Positions 43,773 to 53,857 of a stretch of DNA of 64,000 bases are shown piece after piece. The notes beneath the pieces were generated by a model, which ran no database searches, had not been told where the DNA came from, and saw nothing but the letters and a program-made list of their open reading frames with translations. This stretch comes from a virus. Taxonomy: Duplodnaviria > Caudoviricetes. Position 1 is the stretch's first letter. The number at the start of each line of letters is the position of its first letter. Location of the stretch: IMG/VR virus record IMGVR_UViG_3300005805_000082, positions 4,826-68,825 of that record. One strand, given 5' to 3'. The position numbers were made by a program, and so were the translations under genes.

Positions 43773-44038
43773 AACGATACAAGGTCATATATAAAAACCT
43801 AAAGAAGGCCTGGGGATATGCTGACCTTGACAGGAAGGAAGTTGTTATGGACAAGTCCCTCCATGGGAAAAAGCACATGGAGATTCTCATCCACGAAGTG
43901 GCGCACCTGCTTCTGCCGGAGGCTACCGAAGATGAGATTGTCAGGATATCTATCTATATCACCAATACCCTGTGGCAGCAGAAGTACCGCAGGATCGATG
44001 ACAGAAATCATTTACCACTTCAAGACGGATCAAAATGA
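43769..44038 (+). CDS. Small HExxH zinc metallopeptidase-like protein
   Basis: AWGYAD...LIHEVAHLL. Confidence 0.7.
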   Translation: MKRYKVIYKNLKKAWGYADLDRKEVVMDKSLHGKKHMEILIHEVAHLLLPEATEDEIVRISIYITNTLWQQKYRRIDDRNHLPLQDGSK

Positions 44039-44268
44039 GCGACAGATTTATTACCCTACCCATGTGTTTTTTAGTTGAGGAAGAGCTGATGCAGTCAGAC
44101 CTTAAACTCAACCCATTCCAAATAGAAGGCTACGTTTCATCTAGTGTAACATACCAGGATGATGACAACATCCCTATAGAAGCTGAAGCCACCAAGATAT
44201 TTACAAAGAGTGGGTACGAGTACGACATCCTCCTTCCTATTGAGGAGTTCGAGAAGCTTATCAAATAA
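44035..44268 (+). CDS. Hypothetical protein
   Basis: Coupled operon. Confidence 0.55.
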   Translation: MSDRFITLPMCFLVEEELMQSDLKLNPFQIEGYVSSSVTYQDDDNIPIEAEATKIFTKSGYEYDILLPIEEFEKLIK

Positions 44269-44307
44269 TCACCCCCTGTTTTCCACATACCCTATAGGTG
44301 TCGCTGG

Positions 44308-44315
44308 TAAATTTG
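44308..44315 (+). promoter_or_regulatory. TAnnTTTG promoter element (TAAATTTG)
   Basis: Exact consensus upstream of packaging genes. Confidence 0.6.
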
Positions 44316-44337
44316 CAAGTGCGATAATCCGTACCAA

Positions 44338-44946
44338 ATGATACCAGACAAGGACTTCTCTATTATGGAGTTTAATCCTCTGATAAAGGGTAAAATCCTA
44401 GAGAAACACCCCAAACTCAAGGAAGTGGTGGGCGAGGCAGAAGACAAGGTGGTTCGATACATCCTGCTGATGTACGACCAAAACAGTCCCCTGCGCCATC
44501 ACTACCCAGACCTTTTCAAGCGGAAGCAGTTTGCTGCAGACTTGGCGGGGTTTGACCTGGACAAGGATGATGTTGTGGGGTTATTCGAGTTTAAGGTAAA
44601 GACGGATGATGGCTATGAACCTGACGAGGGTTTAATCAAGGTTGTGATGCGGTACTTGAAGTACCAGAACAATATGGTGTGGGTGATGATTGTGAGTAAT
44701 GAGCAGGCGTTCTTTGAATACAACAAACGGGTTATGATGCCCGTGGATGGGAACCGTGACAAGGATATCCTCCAGGCTGTGGAGATCAAGACCAAGATCA
44801 TGCAGTCCATGGATGACATCTATCAGCGGTTACAGAAATACAACAGAGACCTGACTGGCGGTGACGACAAGCTTGAAGAGGTGTTAACCAAAAAGAAAAG
44901 GCTTAGGCCTGAGGAGATAGCAGCCAATGTTCAAGCCAGTCGATAA
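44338..44946 (+). CDS. Possible terminase small subunit
   Basis: Helical 202-aa protein overlapping the terL start; call is by position. Confidence 0.45.
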   Translation: MIPDKDFSIMEFNPLIKGKILEKHPKLKEVVGEAEDKVVRYILLMYDQNSPLRHHYPDLFKRKQFAADLAGFDLDKDDVVGLFEFKVKTDDGYEPDEGLIKVVMRYLKYQNNMVWVMIVSNEQAFFEYNKRVMMPVDGNRDKDILQAVEIKTKIMQSMDDIYQRLQKYNRDLTGGDDKLEEVLTKKKRLRPEEIAANVQASR

Positions 44947-46927
44947 CGGGTCTGATGAAAATATTCAGGGGCTTGTGTGTCACCTGCCACCTGTCGGATA
45001 CGTGTATAATGTATTGACAGGTGAGGTCGAGAAACGAGGTGTGTATGCAAGATCCCCTAGAAAAACAGATCAGTACTGGGAGCCGACAAGGTTGCCGACT
45101 GACTACCATAAGCTTCGTGAGAAGGAACTGAGGAGACAGGAAGAAGACAAAGAGTTCTTTGACCCAGTGCTTGAGCAATTCAGGCAGCAGGAGTGGGACA
45201 GAAGGTTGAATGGATTTTGGTTCAAGTCAAATGGAATCGACATCTACATCACAGGTCTGCACTACTTCTACCTAACCTACTGGACCCTAGATACTGGACT
45301 ACCTAAGTATCGTGATACTGACCGCAAGTACTTCTACTTCTTACAATACTGTATAGAAGACCCTGAGTGCTTCGGGATGGTGGAGATTACCAAACGTAGA
45401 CAAGGTAAAACTTTTAGAGGTGGAGTATTTCTCTACGAATATACCTCCCGAACCAAGAATGCCCAGGCGGGCATACAGTCAAAGACGGGTTCGGATGCCA
45501 AGACGGTTTTTCGTAAAGCAGTAATCCAACCTTTCAAAAAGTTACCTGACTTCTTTGTGCCTGTGTTCGATGCGAGTAAAGGTCTTACACCTACATCCGA
45601 GCTGAGATTTTATAACACGGTAGTAAAGGGTAAGAACGCCAACACGATTCGTGGTGAGGATGAGCTTGAGTCAATGATTGACTGGAAGACATCTGAAGCC
45701 ATCTCCTATGATGGTCAAAAGATCCATAGGTATTTAGGTGATGAGGTTGGTAAGACGATGGAGGTGAATGTTTGGGAGCGATACCTGGTAACTAGGTACT
45801 GCCACCTGGATGACGAGGGAAGGATCATTGGTAAGTCGCTGCTCACCACGACTGTGGAAGATATGGAGCAGGGAGGGGAGTCATTTAAAAAGATATGGCT
45901 CAACTCTGATCATACCAATAAGCCAGGCAAGAGAACGCCATCGGGATTGTACCGATACTTTTGTCCTGCTGACGAGACACGTTACTATGACGACTATGGT
46001 TTTGCAGATAAGGATAGGGCGCTGAATGAAATACTAGAGGAGCGTAAGCTCTTAACGAATGACCCCCGAGCTCTCAGTTCGGTTATCCGCAAGGAGCCAC
46101 TCAGTTGGGAGGAGGCATTCAGAATAGATGGATCCAAGTGCTTGTACAACGCAATGAAGTTGAACGAGAGGTTGGATCGATTGAGTTGGAAAGACAACCT
46201 GACCACAAGAGGAAACTTTGTTTGGGAAGGTGGCGAGAAAGATACGAAGGTGATATGGGAGCCATCACAGAATGGCAGGTGGGAAGTGGTGAAGTTATTT
46301 GACACGGATGATGAGAGCAACAAGATTGTGAAACGAGGAGAGTCGTACACTCCGAACAACCATGGGTTTGTTATGGGTGTTGACCCAGTGGATCACAATC
46401 AGACGCAGGATGGCAGGAGATCAAACGGTGCGGGAGTGGTACTGCAGAAGTACAACTCAGCTCGGGAGAATGACCCATACAACTTTGCGTTTGTTTGCAA
46501 ATACATATACCGTCCTGAGTCTGTTCAGATCTTCTACGAGGACATGCTCAAGACAGCAGTATACTACGGATGCAGAATACTGTTCGAGAATCAGAAGGTC
46601 GGGATGATGCATTACTTCAATGACAGGGGGTACGGAGACTTCCTTATGTGGCTACCAGAGAGAACTCAACCAGGTATAGCTGCATCTCCGAAGACACACC
46701 AGCACATAGCCGAACTAACAGAAGCCTACATCAACGACTACTGCGACAGGGTCTTCTTTAAAGACATCGTCAAGGAGTGGTTGGAGTTCGACATATCAAA
46801 CACTACCGCATACGATGGAGCTATGGCAGCAGGTTATGCATTAATCGCAGACCAAGCCAAAACAGTAAAACAAGATTTGTCAGCAGTACGAGACGTCTCT
46901 GACTTTTTTAAAGCACATAAAATATGA
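44927..46927 (+). CDS. terL: Terminase large subunit
   Basis: KRRQGKT Walker A, YLGDEVGK Walker B, GVDPVD nuclease, YDGAMA. Confidence 0.93.
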   Translation: MFKPVDNGSDENIQGLVCHLPPVGYVYNVLTGEVEKRGVYARSPRKTDQYWEPTRLPTDYHKLREKELRRQEEDKEFFDPVLEQFRQQEWDRRLNGFWFKSNGIDIYITGLHYFYLTYWTLDTGLPKYRDTDRKYFYFLQYCIEDPECFGMVEITKRRQGKTFRGGVFLYEYTSRTKNAQAGIQSKTGSDAKTVFRKAVIQPFKKLPDFFVPVFDASKGLTPTSELRFYNTVVKGKNANTIRGEDELESMIDWKTSEAISYDGQKIHRYLGDEVGKTMEVNVWERYLVTRYCHLDDEGRIIGKSLLTTTVEDMEQGGESFKKIWLNSDHTNKPGKRTPSGLYRYFCPADETRYYDDYGFADKDRALNEILEERKLLTNDPRALSSVIRKEPLSWEEAFRIDGSKCLYNAMKLNERLDRLSWKDNLTTRGNFVWEGGEKDTKVIWEPSQNGRWEVVKLFDTDDESNKIVKRGESYTPNNHGFVMGVDPVDHNQTQDGRRSNGAGVVLQKYNSARENDPYNFAFVCKYIYRPESVQIFYEDMLKTAVYYGCRILFENQKVGMMHYFNDRGYGDFLMWLPERTQPGIAASPKTHQHIAELTEAYINDYCDRVFFKDIVKEWLEFDISNTTAYDGAMAAGYALIADQAKTVKQDLSAVRDVSDFFKAHKI

Positions 46928-49311
46928 ATGCTGGTTTTCCCTCACACCTGATTAGTCCATCCGAGAAGGGTAAAGATTGGGTGTTACAATTCTGCAAAGC
47001 AGCCTGGTCAAGTTTTGAAAACGACAACCCCAGGGAGATGTTCTACCACGCCCGCTACCGCTACGAAGTTATCAAGTCGTACGCCATGGGCAACCAAAGT
47101 ATAAATAAGTACAGACCTCTATTGGGGGTAGCCGAGGAGTCCAAGGAAGATTGGTTGGCGATTGACTGGAGTATTATTCCAATCGTTCCAAAGTTCAGGA
47201 GGATTGCCTTGGGTAAACTCAATAAGATCGGATACAATATAGATGCAACGCCTGTCGATGCATTGGCGAATGATGAGGTTGAAGATTACTTCGCCCAATC
47301 CAAAGCTAAGCTCTTGATGAGAGACCAAGCCATGAAGGTTGATCCGGCACTGCTTGAAGATCCCATTCTTCAGTTGGAGCCAGGTGAAGCCAAGGATATG
47401 GAGGAGCTTGAGATTCAGATGAACTATACATTCAAGCATCAGATGGCGCTTGAAGCTGAGCAGGGAATCAAACTGATCCTTGAGCAGAATGAAATAGAGA
47501 AGCTGAGAGAGAGAGTAAAGGAAGACATATTTGACTACGGGGTCGGGGGATACAAAGAGTATATAGACTCAAACGGTGCTGTCAAGATCAGAAGCATCAA
47601 CCCAAGAAACATCCTCATCAATCAGTGCAAGAATAATGACTTCAGTGATGCAGCCTATGTAGGTGAGATCATTGAGATGACCATTGCAGATCTGAAGCAG
47701 ATGGCGGGTAATGAGTTTACTCCTGAGCAGTACGAGGATATCGCCAAGAATGTAATTGGTAAGTACGGCAATCCTAAGGAATGGCCTTCTTCATTGTCTA
47801 TATATAACAAAGGATATGACAAATTCAGGATACGTCTACTCGACATTGAGTTCTTCTCCGTTAATGAAATGGTGTACGAACAACGTATTGACAGACGTGG
47901 AAATAAAATATACGCTCGTGCTAGATACGAAGACAAAAACAAGCGTAAGGATAAGTTTGATCGAGTTGCCTACAAAGTAGTATACAAGGGCAAGTGGATT
48001 ATTGACACCCCGTACATATTTGACTACGGACTGTGCACAAACATGAAGCGTGCCAAGTCTAGTCTGATGGATACCAAGCTCAGCTACCATTTGATTGCTC
48101 CTGAGTTTTGGGACATGAAGGCTTACGGCCTGATGGAGCAGCTGATCCCAATTGCCGATGCTATTCAGATAGCCTGGTACAGGATGCAGAACGCCATCAA
48201 CCAGGCAAGGCCTAAGGGCATCATCATTGAGATGGGCGCCCTTGAGGATATCCCACTTGGTGCCGGAGGCAAGAAGCTGTCGCCAATGAAGGTGCTTGAT
48301 CTTTATAACAAGACAGGTACGTTGGTGTACAGAAAGGCTGATGCCCAGGGTAGGATGACCAACTACAAGCCTATCGAGGAACTTGAGAACGGATTGGGCA
48401 GGGATGTGATGAACTACTATCAGATCATTCAGAATCATATTCAGATGTTGAGAGACATCACGGGTATGAACGAGATGACTGACGGATCCACTCCTGATCC
48501 AAGGACTTTGACTACAGTTGCCAAGCTTGCATACGAAGGAACAAACAACTCTCTTGCCCACATCATCAGTGGCGAGAAGAAGCTGTTGGAATCATTAGCC
48601 AACGCAGTTATCCTGAGACTTCAGGATGTAGCTGCTGTGGGTGGTGTAAAGGGTTACATCAGATCTCTTGGCGCAAACACCATGAAGTTCTTCCAAGTAT
48701 CTCCAAACATCGCATTGTACGAGTTTGGAATATTCATCGAAGACAAACCAACTGATGAGCAGCGTGCCATGCTAATGCAGCAGATACAGGCGGGACAGGC
48801 TAACGGTATGCTAGATATTGAAGACGCCATCGTCATTCAGAATACAGACAACCTTAAGGTAGCTCAGCAGCTATTGGCGTACAAGATCAAGAAGCGCAGG
48901 GAGCAGGCACAGCAGGAAGCCATGCAACAGCAGCAGATGAATGCTGAGGTGCAGATGCAGTCAGCTCAAGCTGCAGAGCAGGCGAAGCAGCAGACACTTC
49001 AGGTGGAAGCCCAGGTTAAGTCACAGCTGATCCAGGTGGAGAAGGAGATGGAAGCTAAGCTTCTCGAGATGAAGTATCAGTACGAACTGATGCTCGAAGA
49101 GATGCGCCAAACAGGGAAGCTTAAATCTAAGAAGCTTGAGAACAGGGGTAAGAAATCTGTACAGCGTCTGAAGAACGGAGAGCCTATAACCGAAGATGAT
49201 GAGGATGATGCATTACCAGCTCCGCAAATGATGCAACAGATGCAGCAGCAAATGCCGGAACAAGAGGAACCTAGTGAAGAGATGGAAGGACAAATGGAAG
49301 AGGAGGCGTAA
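46924..49311 (+). CDS. Portal protein
   Basis: 795 aa after terL; IDWSIIPIVPKF, GMNEMTDGSTPDP; Q-rich tail. Confidence 0.85.
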   Translation: MNAGFPSHLISPSEKGKDWVLQFCKAAWSSFENDNPREMFYHARYRYEVIKSYAMGNQSINKYRPLLGVAEESKEDWLAIDWSIIPIVPKFRRIALGKLNKIGYNIDATPVDALANDEVEDYFAQSKAKLLMRDQAMKVDPALLEDPILQLEPGEAKDMEELEIQMNYTFKHQMALEAEQGIKLILEQNEIEKLRERVKEDIFDYGVGGYKEYIDSNGAVKIRSINPRNILINQCKNNDFSDAAYVGEIIEMTIADLKQMAGNEFTPEQYEDIAKNVIGKYGNPKEWPSSLSIYNKGYDKFRIRLLDIEFFSVNEMVYEQRIDRRGNKIYARARYEDKNKRKDKFDRVAYKVVYKGKWIIDTPYIFDYGLCTNMKRAKSSLMDTKLSYHLIAPEFWDMKAYGLMEQLIPIADAIQIAWYRMQNAINQARPKGIIIEMGALEDIPLGAGGKKLSPMKVLDLYNKTGTLVYRKADAQGRMTNYKPIEELENGLGRDVMNYYQIIQNHIQMLRDITGMNEMTDGSTPDPRTLTTVAKLAYEGTNNSLAHIISGEKKLLESLANAVILRLQDVAAVGGVKGYIRSLGANTMKFFQVSPNIALYEFGIFIEDKPTDEQRAMLMQQIQAGQANGMLDIEDAIVIQNTDNLKVAQQLLAYKIKKRREQAQQEAMQQQQMNAEVQMQSAQAAEQAKQQTLQVEAQVKSQLIQVEKEMEAKLLEMKYQYELMLEEMRQTGKLKSKKLENRGKKSVQRLKNGEPITEDDEDDALPAPQMMQQMQQQMPEQEEPSEEMEGQMEEEA

Positions 49312-49380
49312 CTATCACCCCCCAAATTCCATGGTTTATCCACATTATAGAAAAAACTTTGCATAATCAAACTAAACCCT

Positions 49381-50325
49381 ATGAACGAGTTCGACTTTTC
49401 AAATGCAACTCCTGATGATTTTAAATTACCAGGGGAAGCAAAGACGGAAGTAGCTACTGAGGTAGCACAACCTGAAACAACTACTCAAGCAGAACCTCAG
49501 CCACTAGCAACGGAGACCGTAGCTGAAACAAAGGCAGAGCCTGTAAAATCTGAGTACAATTTTAAAGACGACTTCATTAAGGGAGTTGTTGAGTTCTATG
49601 AAAAAACTGGTGATATCACACCGTATCTGCAAGCCAAGTCAACTGACTTCACAAAGATGTCTGACGAGGAGATCATGAGACGTGAACTCCGTGAGCAGTA
49701 TTCTGAGCTTTCTGATAAAGCCTTCGACAAGTTTTTCAAGCAGGAAGTCCTTGACAAATACAAACTAGATGCAGACGAATGGGGAGAGGATGAATCCGAA
49801 CTGGGCAGAGAATTGCTCAAGGTACAAGCATCCAAAGCCCGTGAGAAGTATTTAGAGTGGCAAAAGAACTTCCAGGCCCCGGAACCTGCGCAAGTTGACG
49901 ACAACACGCAAGAGCTGTTAAAGCAATTCGAGGAGTCGGTACGCAGCAATGAAGTTACTCGTCAGATCCTCAATGCTAAAAAAATTAGCATTAAGAGTGG
50001 AGAGGATGAGTTTCATTATGAGCTGCCTAATGCAGATGCGATGATTGATATGACTGTTGATAATGATAAGTTCTTTAGTCAGTTCGCACAGGGCGAGGGT
50101 CAGTTGGACTATAACAAATGGTATAAGACCGTAGCGTATAGTCAGAATCCAGAGGTGTTCGAGAAAGCCTTGATCAACTTTGGCAAAACCCTTGGCAGGT
50201 CCGAAATAACTAAAGAGATCAAAAACCCAAGTACATCCCCAGTGGGTGATGTGCCTACTGAGAGTTCGGGAGATTTTGCTTCAGGACTTCTGCAGGCCTT
50301 CCTCTCTAGGGGCGTTTCTAAATAA
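49381..50325 (+). CDS. Putative scaffolding protein
   Basis: Acidic helical protein between portal and capsid. Confidence 0.6.
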   Translation: MNEFDFSNATPDDFKLPGEAKTEVATEVAQPETTTQAEPQPLATETVAETKAEPVKSEYNFKDDFIKGVVEFYEKTGDITPYLQAKSTDFTKMSDEEIMRRELREQYSELSDKAFDKFFKQEVLDKYKLDADEWGEDESELGRELLKVQASKAREKYLEWQKNFQAPEPAQVDDNTQELLKQFEESVRSNEVTRQILNAKKISIKSGEDEFHYELPNADAMIDMTVDNDKFFSQFAQGEGQLDYNKWYKTVAYSQNPEVFEKALINFGKTLGRSEITKEIKNPSTSPVGDVPTESSGDFASGLLQAFLSRGVSK

Positions 50326-50346
50326 CCCTATTTAAACTTTTAAAAA

Positions 50347-51672
50347 ATGCCTGGACAAATTGGTGGGATTCAAAAATCCTACGTTTCTTCTGTAAGCTTC
50401 CTTGATCAAAGGGAGATCCTCAACAAGATTCTCGACATCACTAATGAAGAATCTTCTTTCTTGGACATCATGGAATTGACTGGTCGCTCTGTAGTGAGTG
50501 CAGTTCCTGAGTATCATCACTTCGTAAACGATGAGTTGTATGTATTGGCTACTGTCACCTCTGGTGGTTCTGTTGCTGCTGATACCCTGACTCTCGTTAT
50601 CGATGCTACTGCGTTTGATTATGTTAACATTGGTGAGCAGGTTCTGTTCCCAAGTGGTAAGGTTGGTATTGTAACTGCTAAGAACAGCGGTACTAGCGCA
50701 ATCACTGTTAAGAATGTTGACGCTGCTGATGGTGACTTGAGTGTTGCTGACGGTGGTAAGATCTCTTTCTTCTCTAACGCAGCTGCTGAAGGTTCTCTTT
50801 CTCCTGACGCCAAGAGGTGGAAGCCAGCCTACTATTCTAACCAAGTTCAGATCTTCAAAGGTAAGTTCTCTATCACTGATATTGAGAAGGCCTCTAAGGT
50901 TGAGACTGAGTTCAATGGTAAGCCTTTCTACATGTACAAAGGTCAGCATGAATCTCTGATGAAGTTCCGTAGCGACATTTCTGCTGCTATGATCTTCGGA
51001 CGTAAGAGTGCTACTAAGTTCTCTTCAACTTCTCCTGCTTTGGCAGATGCCGATGGTAAGCCTATCCAAACTACCATGGGTATGGATCAGTATGTAACCT
51101 CTATGGGTAAGGATCTGAGCACTGATGTAACTGGTGTTCTTGACCTGGACGATTGGGGTAAGCTGACTCAGAACCTGAATAAGGATCGTGCTCCATTGAC
51201 TTACTTCCTCTTCTTGGGAACCTCTTCCAATATTCTGTTTGACAACCTGTTCAACAACCTCGGTAACAGCCAGCTCCTTTCTCAAGGTGCTCGTTTCCAA
51301 ATCGCAGGTAAAGAGTTGGATCTCGGTATCGACAGCGTGAAGATCTACGGACGTACCTTCTACAAGAAGTACTTGCCAATCCTTGACCACAAGAATATCG
51401 TAAACTTCACTGGCGGTTATAACGCTAAGGATAGCATCTACGGTGTTCCTGCTGATAAGATCAAGACCAATGACGGTCAGATGGTTGACCGCATGAGAGT
51501 TCGTTATCTGGCTGGTGACGGAACCGACCTGAAGTATCGTGAGATCCTTCTCGGTGGCCTGGCTCCTGTTCCAACTAACGAGCGTTCTGTACTTGAGATT
51601 CACTACGAATCTGTACAAGGTCTCGAGATCCTCGGAGCTCAGCAGTGCTTCAAACTGAAGACTGTATTCTAA
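50347..51672 (+). CDS. Major capsid protein (crAss-like type)
   Basis: 441 aa after scaffold, followed by terminator; NQVQIFK..FSITD, AMIFG patterns. Confidence 0.85.
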   Translation: MPGQIGGIQKSYVSSVSFLDQREILNKILDITNEESSFLDIMELTGRSVVSAVPEYHHFVNDELYVLATVTSGGSVAADTLTLVIDATAFDYVNIGEQVLFPSGKVGIVTAKNSGTSAITVKNVDAADGDLSVADGGKISFFSNAAAEGSLSPDAKRWKPAYYSNQVQIFKGKFSITDIEKASKVETEFNGKPFYMYKGQHESLMKFRSDISAAMIFGRKSATKFSSTSPALADADGKPIQTTMGMDQYVTSMGKDLSTDVTGVLDLDDWGKLTQNLNKDRAPLTYFLFLGTSSNILFDNLFNNLGNSQLLSQGARFQIAGKELDLGIDSVKIYGRTFYKKYLPILDHKNIVNFTGGYNAKDSIYGVPADKIKTNDGQMVDRMRVRYLAGDGTDLKYREILLGGLAPVPTNERSVLEIHYESVQGLEILGAQQCFKLKTVF

Positions 51673-51679
51673 TCTATCA

Positions 51680-51711
51680 GGGGGTAGGGTAATGCCTGCC
51701 CCCTTCTTTTA
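51680..51711 (+). terminator. Intrinsic terminator after capsid gene
   Basis: GGGGTAGG-GTAATG-CCTGCCCC followed by T-tract. Confidence 0.75.
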
Positions 51712-51731
51712 TTAAACCAAACCCCAAACAA

Positions 51732-52565
51732 ATGAAGAAGACAAAACTGTTTAACAATGTATCCCCTGAGCTTATTGAATCCACTAAGCTTAAGAAAGGG
51801 GAAAAAGTTGTTTATAGGATTCATAACATTCAAAGGAATCCTATGGACCCTACAAAGTGGGCACTACCATCTGTTAGGTCTGTGCCTCCTGTAGATCAGA
51901 TCTACGATGAGAAGAAGCAGGAGTACGTTGACATTGCTGCTGTAAGGTCTGTAACCGCAGATGGCGATCACAGTTTTCATGAGCTTTATTTCTACGGAAG
52001 CCAGGGAGGAATGCTTGTCTTATCTGGCGGTATTGCTGCCCACCAAGAGATGCACAGCTACCTGAGCTTGTGCAACTACAATGCATCAAACCCAAACCGA
52101 GATACCACCAAAGAACCATTATTTGAGCTTGTTGACGAAAGCGCAAGGAGTGAGAAGGAGCGTAAGAATCGCAACCTGAAGAGGGAAGCGCTGAATGCTG
52201 CTTATGACTTGAGTGCTGACGATGTAAAGAACTACATAGCTGCCCTTGGCCAGGATGACACCAGGCCTATGGAGGTTATGAGGAATGAGCTCGAGACGCT
52301 TGCTGATACAGATCCTAAGGGATTCCTTGATCTGATCAACAACAAACAGGCTTCCATGAAGGCTGTAATCAATAGAGCACTTGTCAAGGGTGTACTCATC
52401 TTTGACCATGAGAGCTCTCGTTACACTTGGCCAAATGGAGAAGCAATCCTCACTGTTGCCAGGACAACTGGCAGTGAACCAGTTGAGGAGCTTATTAGCT
52501 TCTGCGTAAGTGGCGCCAAAGGTGAGAAGGTCTTCCAGACCATTCAATCCAAGGCGAAAAAATAG
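51732..52565 (+). CDS. Conserved head-module protein, function unknown
   Basis: Directly after capsid gene. Confidence 0.65.
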   Translation: MKKTKLFNNVSPELIESTKLKKGEKVVYRIHNIQRNPMDPTKWALPSVRSVPPVDQIYDEKKQEYVDIAAVRSVTADGDHSFHELYFYGSQGGMLVLSGGIAAHQEMHSYLSLCNYNASNPNRDTTKEPLFELVDESARSEKERKNRNLKREALNAAYDLSADDVKNYIAALGQDDTRPMEVMRNELETLADTDPKGFLDLINNKQASMKAVINRALVKGVLIFDHESSRYTWPNGEAILTVARTTGSEPVEELISFCVSGAKGEKVFQTIQSKAKK

Positions 52566-52598
52566 TCTCTCTCGTTTGGTTTTTGTTTGGTGAACTAC

Positions 52599-52628
52599 GC
52601 CCTGGGTTTTCTAGCCTAGGGCTTTTTC
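52599..52628 (+). terminator. Intrinsic terminator
   Basis: GCCCTGGG...CCTAGGGC followed by TTTTT. Confidence 0.65.
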
Positions 52629-52680
52629 ATATCCTGTTTTTCGGGGTATTCTACTCATCGTTTAGGAATTTTGCATTACG

Positions 52681-53853
52681 ATGCCGTCCATCAACAACAT
52701 AAGTTTTTCTGTACAGTTTGATCTTACAGGTGTTCCAACTTTGAGGATTACAGACACGAGTACACATGGCCTTTCAAGGGTCGCTTCATTTGATGTTACT
52801 CAGCCTGACCTGTACACCAGGGTTGGCAATATCCTGGCTCCTGACATGGGTGTTGGTGTGACTACATTTTCCCTTCCGCTTCGACTCGATAGTAATGGCA
52901 TGCCACAGTGTGGTACATATACAATCGTAATGACGGTAAGGTCTGCAGGATATGATGACACTACGTTTACAAGAACATGGGTATCTCAATATAAACCCGT
53001 CAATCTAAACATTGGCGAAGATTTTGATGTATTCACACCTAACTTGAGCGTAAGGGATAACACGTCCTACTCTGTATCAAACTATAACTATGGCTCTCTT
53101 ACAAGGGCTTGGAGTATTACAAGCACTCCAACAGGAACTCTGACTGGTTCGGGGGTAACTAGAAGTTTCCTGTATAATGGCAGCTACTATGCAGCCGTCT
53201 ACTCTATATCCCTTACCTCAAGTCTTTTGTACACCCATCAGGTTTACTCATGGTTTACGGTAAATGAGACGCTAAGCAAATCATACAGTGCATGTATCCA
53301 AACTCCTCCAGACTACGAGGGGTTTGTTAATCTTATAAGTGAACTGAAGGCGCAGCTAGATGCAGCGATCAATACTTGCCAAAAGTATGACAACCTGCAG
53401 GCTGACTTTGAGTTTGCGCAAACCTTATTCAATCATATCATAGATAAGATAAAGGTTGGGGATACTGCCAACATATATACAGACCTGAAGGATCTAATGA
53501 AGGTCCTTTCTAACAACCAGGTTCCGGCTTGTAATCCTGACAACCTACCTATACCTGCATTTAACTTAGGTATACTTGATGGTGTTGCATGGGGCACGAT
53601 TACTGGAGACATCCAAAATCAGACCGACCTGTGGAATATTATCACAGACTTGTATGTTAGAGACCATTATATACATACTCAGGCAGTGGCCAATACTACG
53701 TGGACAGTCACGCATAATATGGGGAAAAACCCAAGCGTGTCGATCATCGATAGTTCGGGGGATGAGGTGCTCGGAGAAGTAAATCACATTTCCAATAATC
53801 AATTAATAATAACCTTCAGCGCAGCCTTCAGTGGCGTAGCCTATTTAAACTAA
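52681..53853 (+). CDS. Structural (collar/fibre-base) protein
   Basis: WGTITGDIQNQTDL and HTQ...TW.VTHNMGK.PSV fibre-associated motifs. Confidence 0.6.
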   Translation: MPSINNISFSVQFDLTGVPTLRITDTSTHGLSRVASFDVTQPDLYTRVGNILAPDMGVGVTTFSLPLRLDSNGMPQCGTYTIVMTVRSAGYDDTTFTRTWVSQYKPVNLNIGEDFDVFTPNLSVRDNTSYSVSNYNYGSLTRAWSITSTPTGTLTGSGVTRSFLYNGSYYAAVYSISLTSSLLYTHQVYSWFTVNETLSKSYSACIQTPPDYEGFVNLISELKAQLDAAINTCQKYDNLQADFEFAQTLFNHIIDKIKVGDTANIYTDLKDLMKVLSNNQVPACNPDNLPIPAFNLGILDGVAWGTITGDIQNQTDLWNIITDLYVRDHYIHTQAVANTTWTVTHNMGKNPSVSIIDSSGDEVLGEVNHISNNQLIITFSAAFSGVAYLN

Positions 53854-53857
53854 AGTC

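Noticed and set aside
12765-48760. Other CTGATGA strings (12765, 14164, 14761, 21570, 48751) as hammerheads
   Set aside because: They lie inside ORFs and I saw no matching stem II-GAAA-stem III arrangement
50332-51618. Long antisense ORFs over the capsid gene (also over portal and polyvalent genes)
   Set aside because: Shadow ORFs from codon bias, with no recognisable motifs or starts
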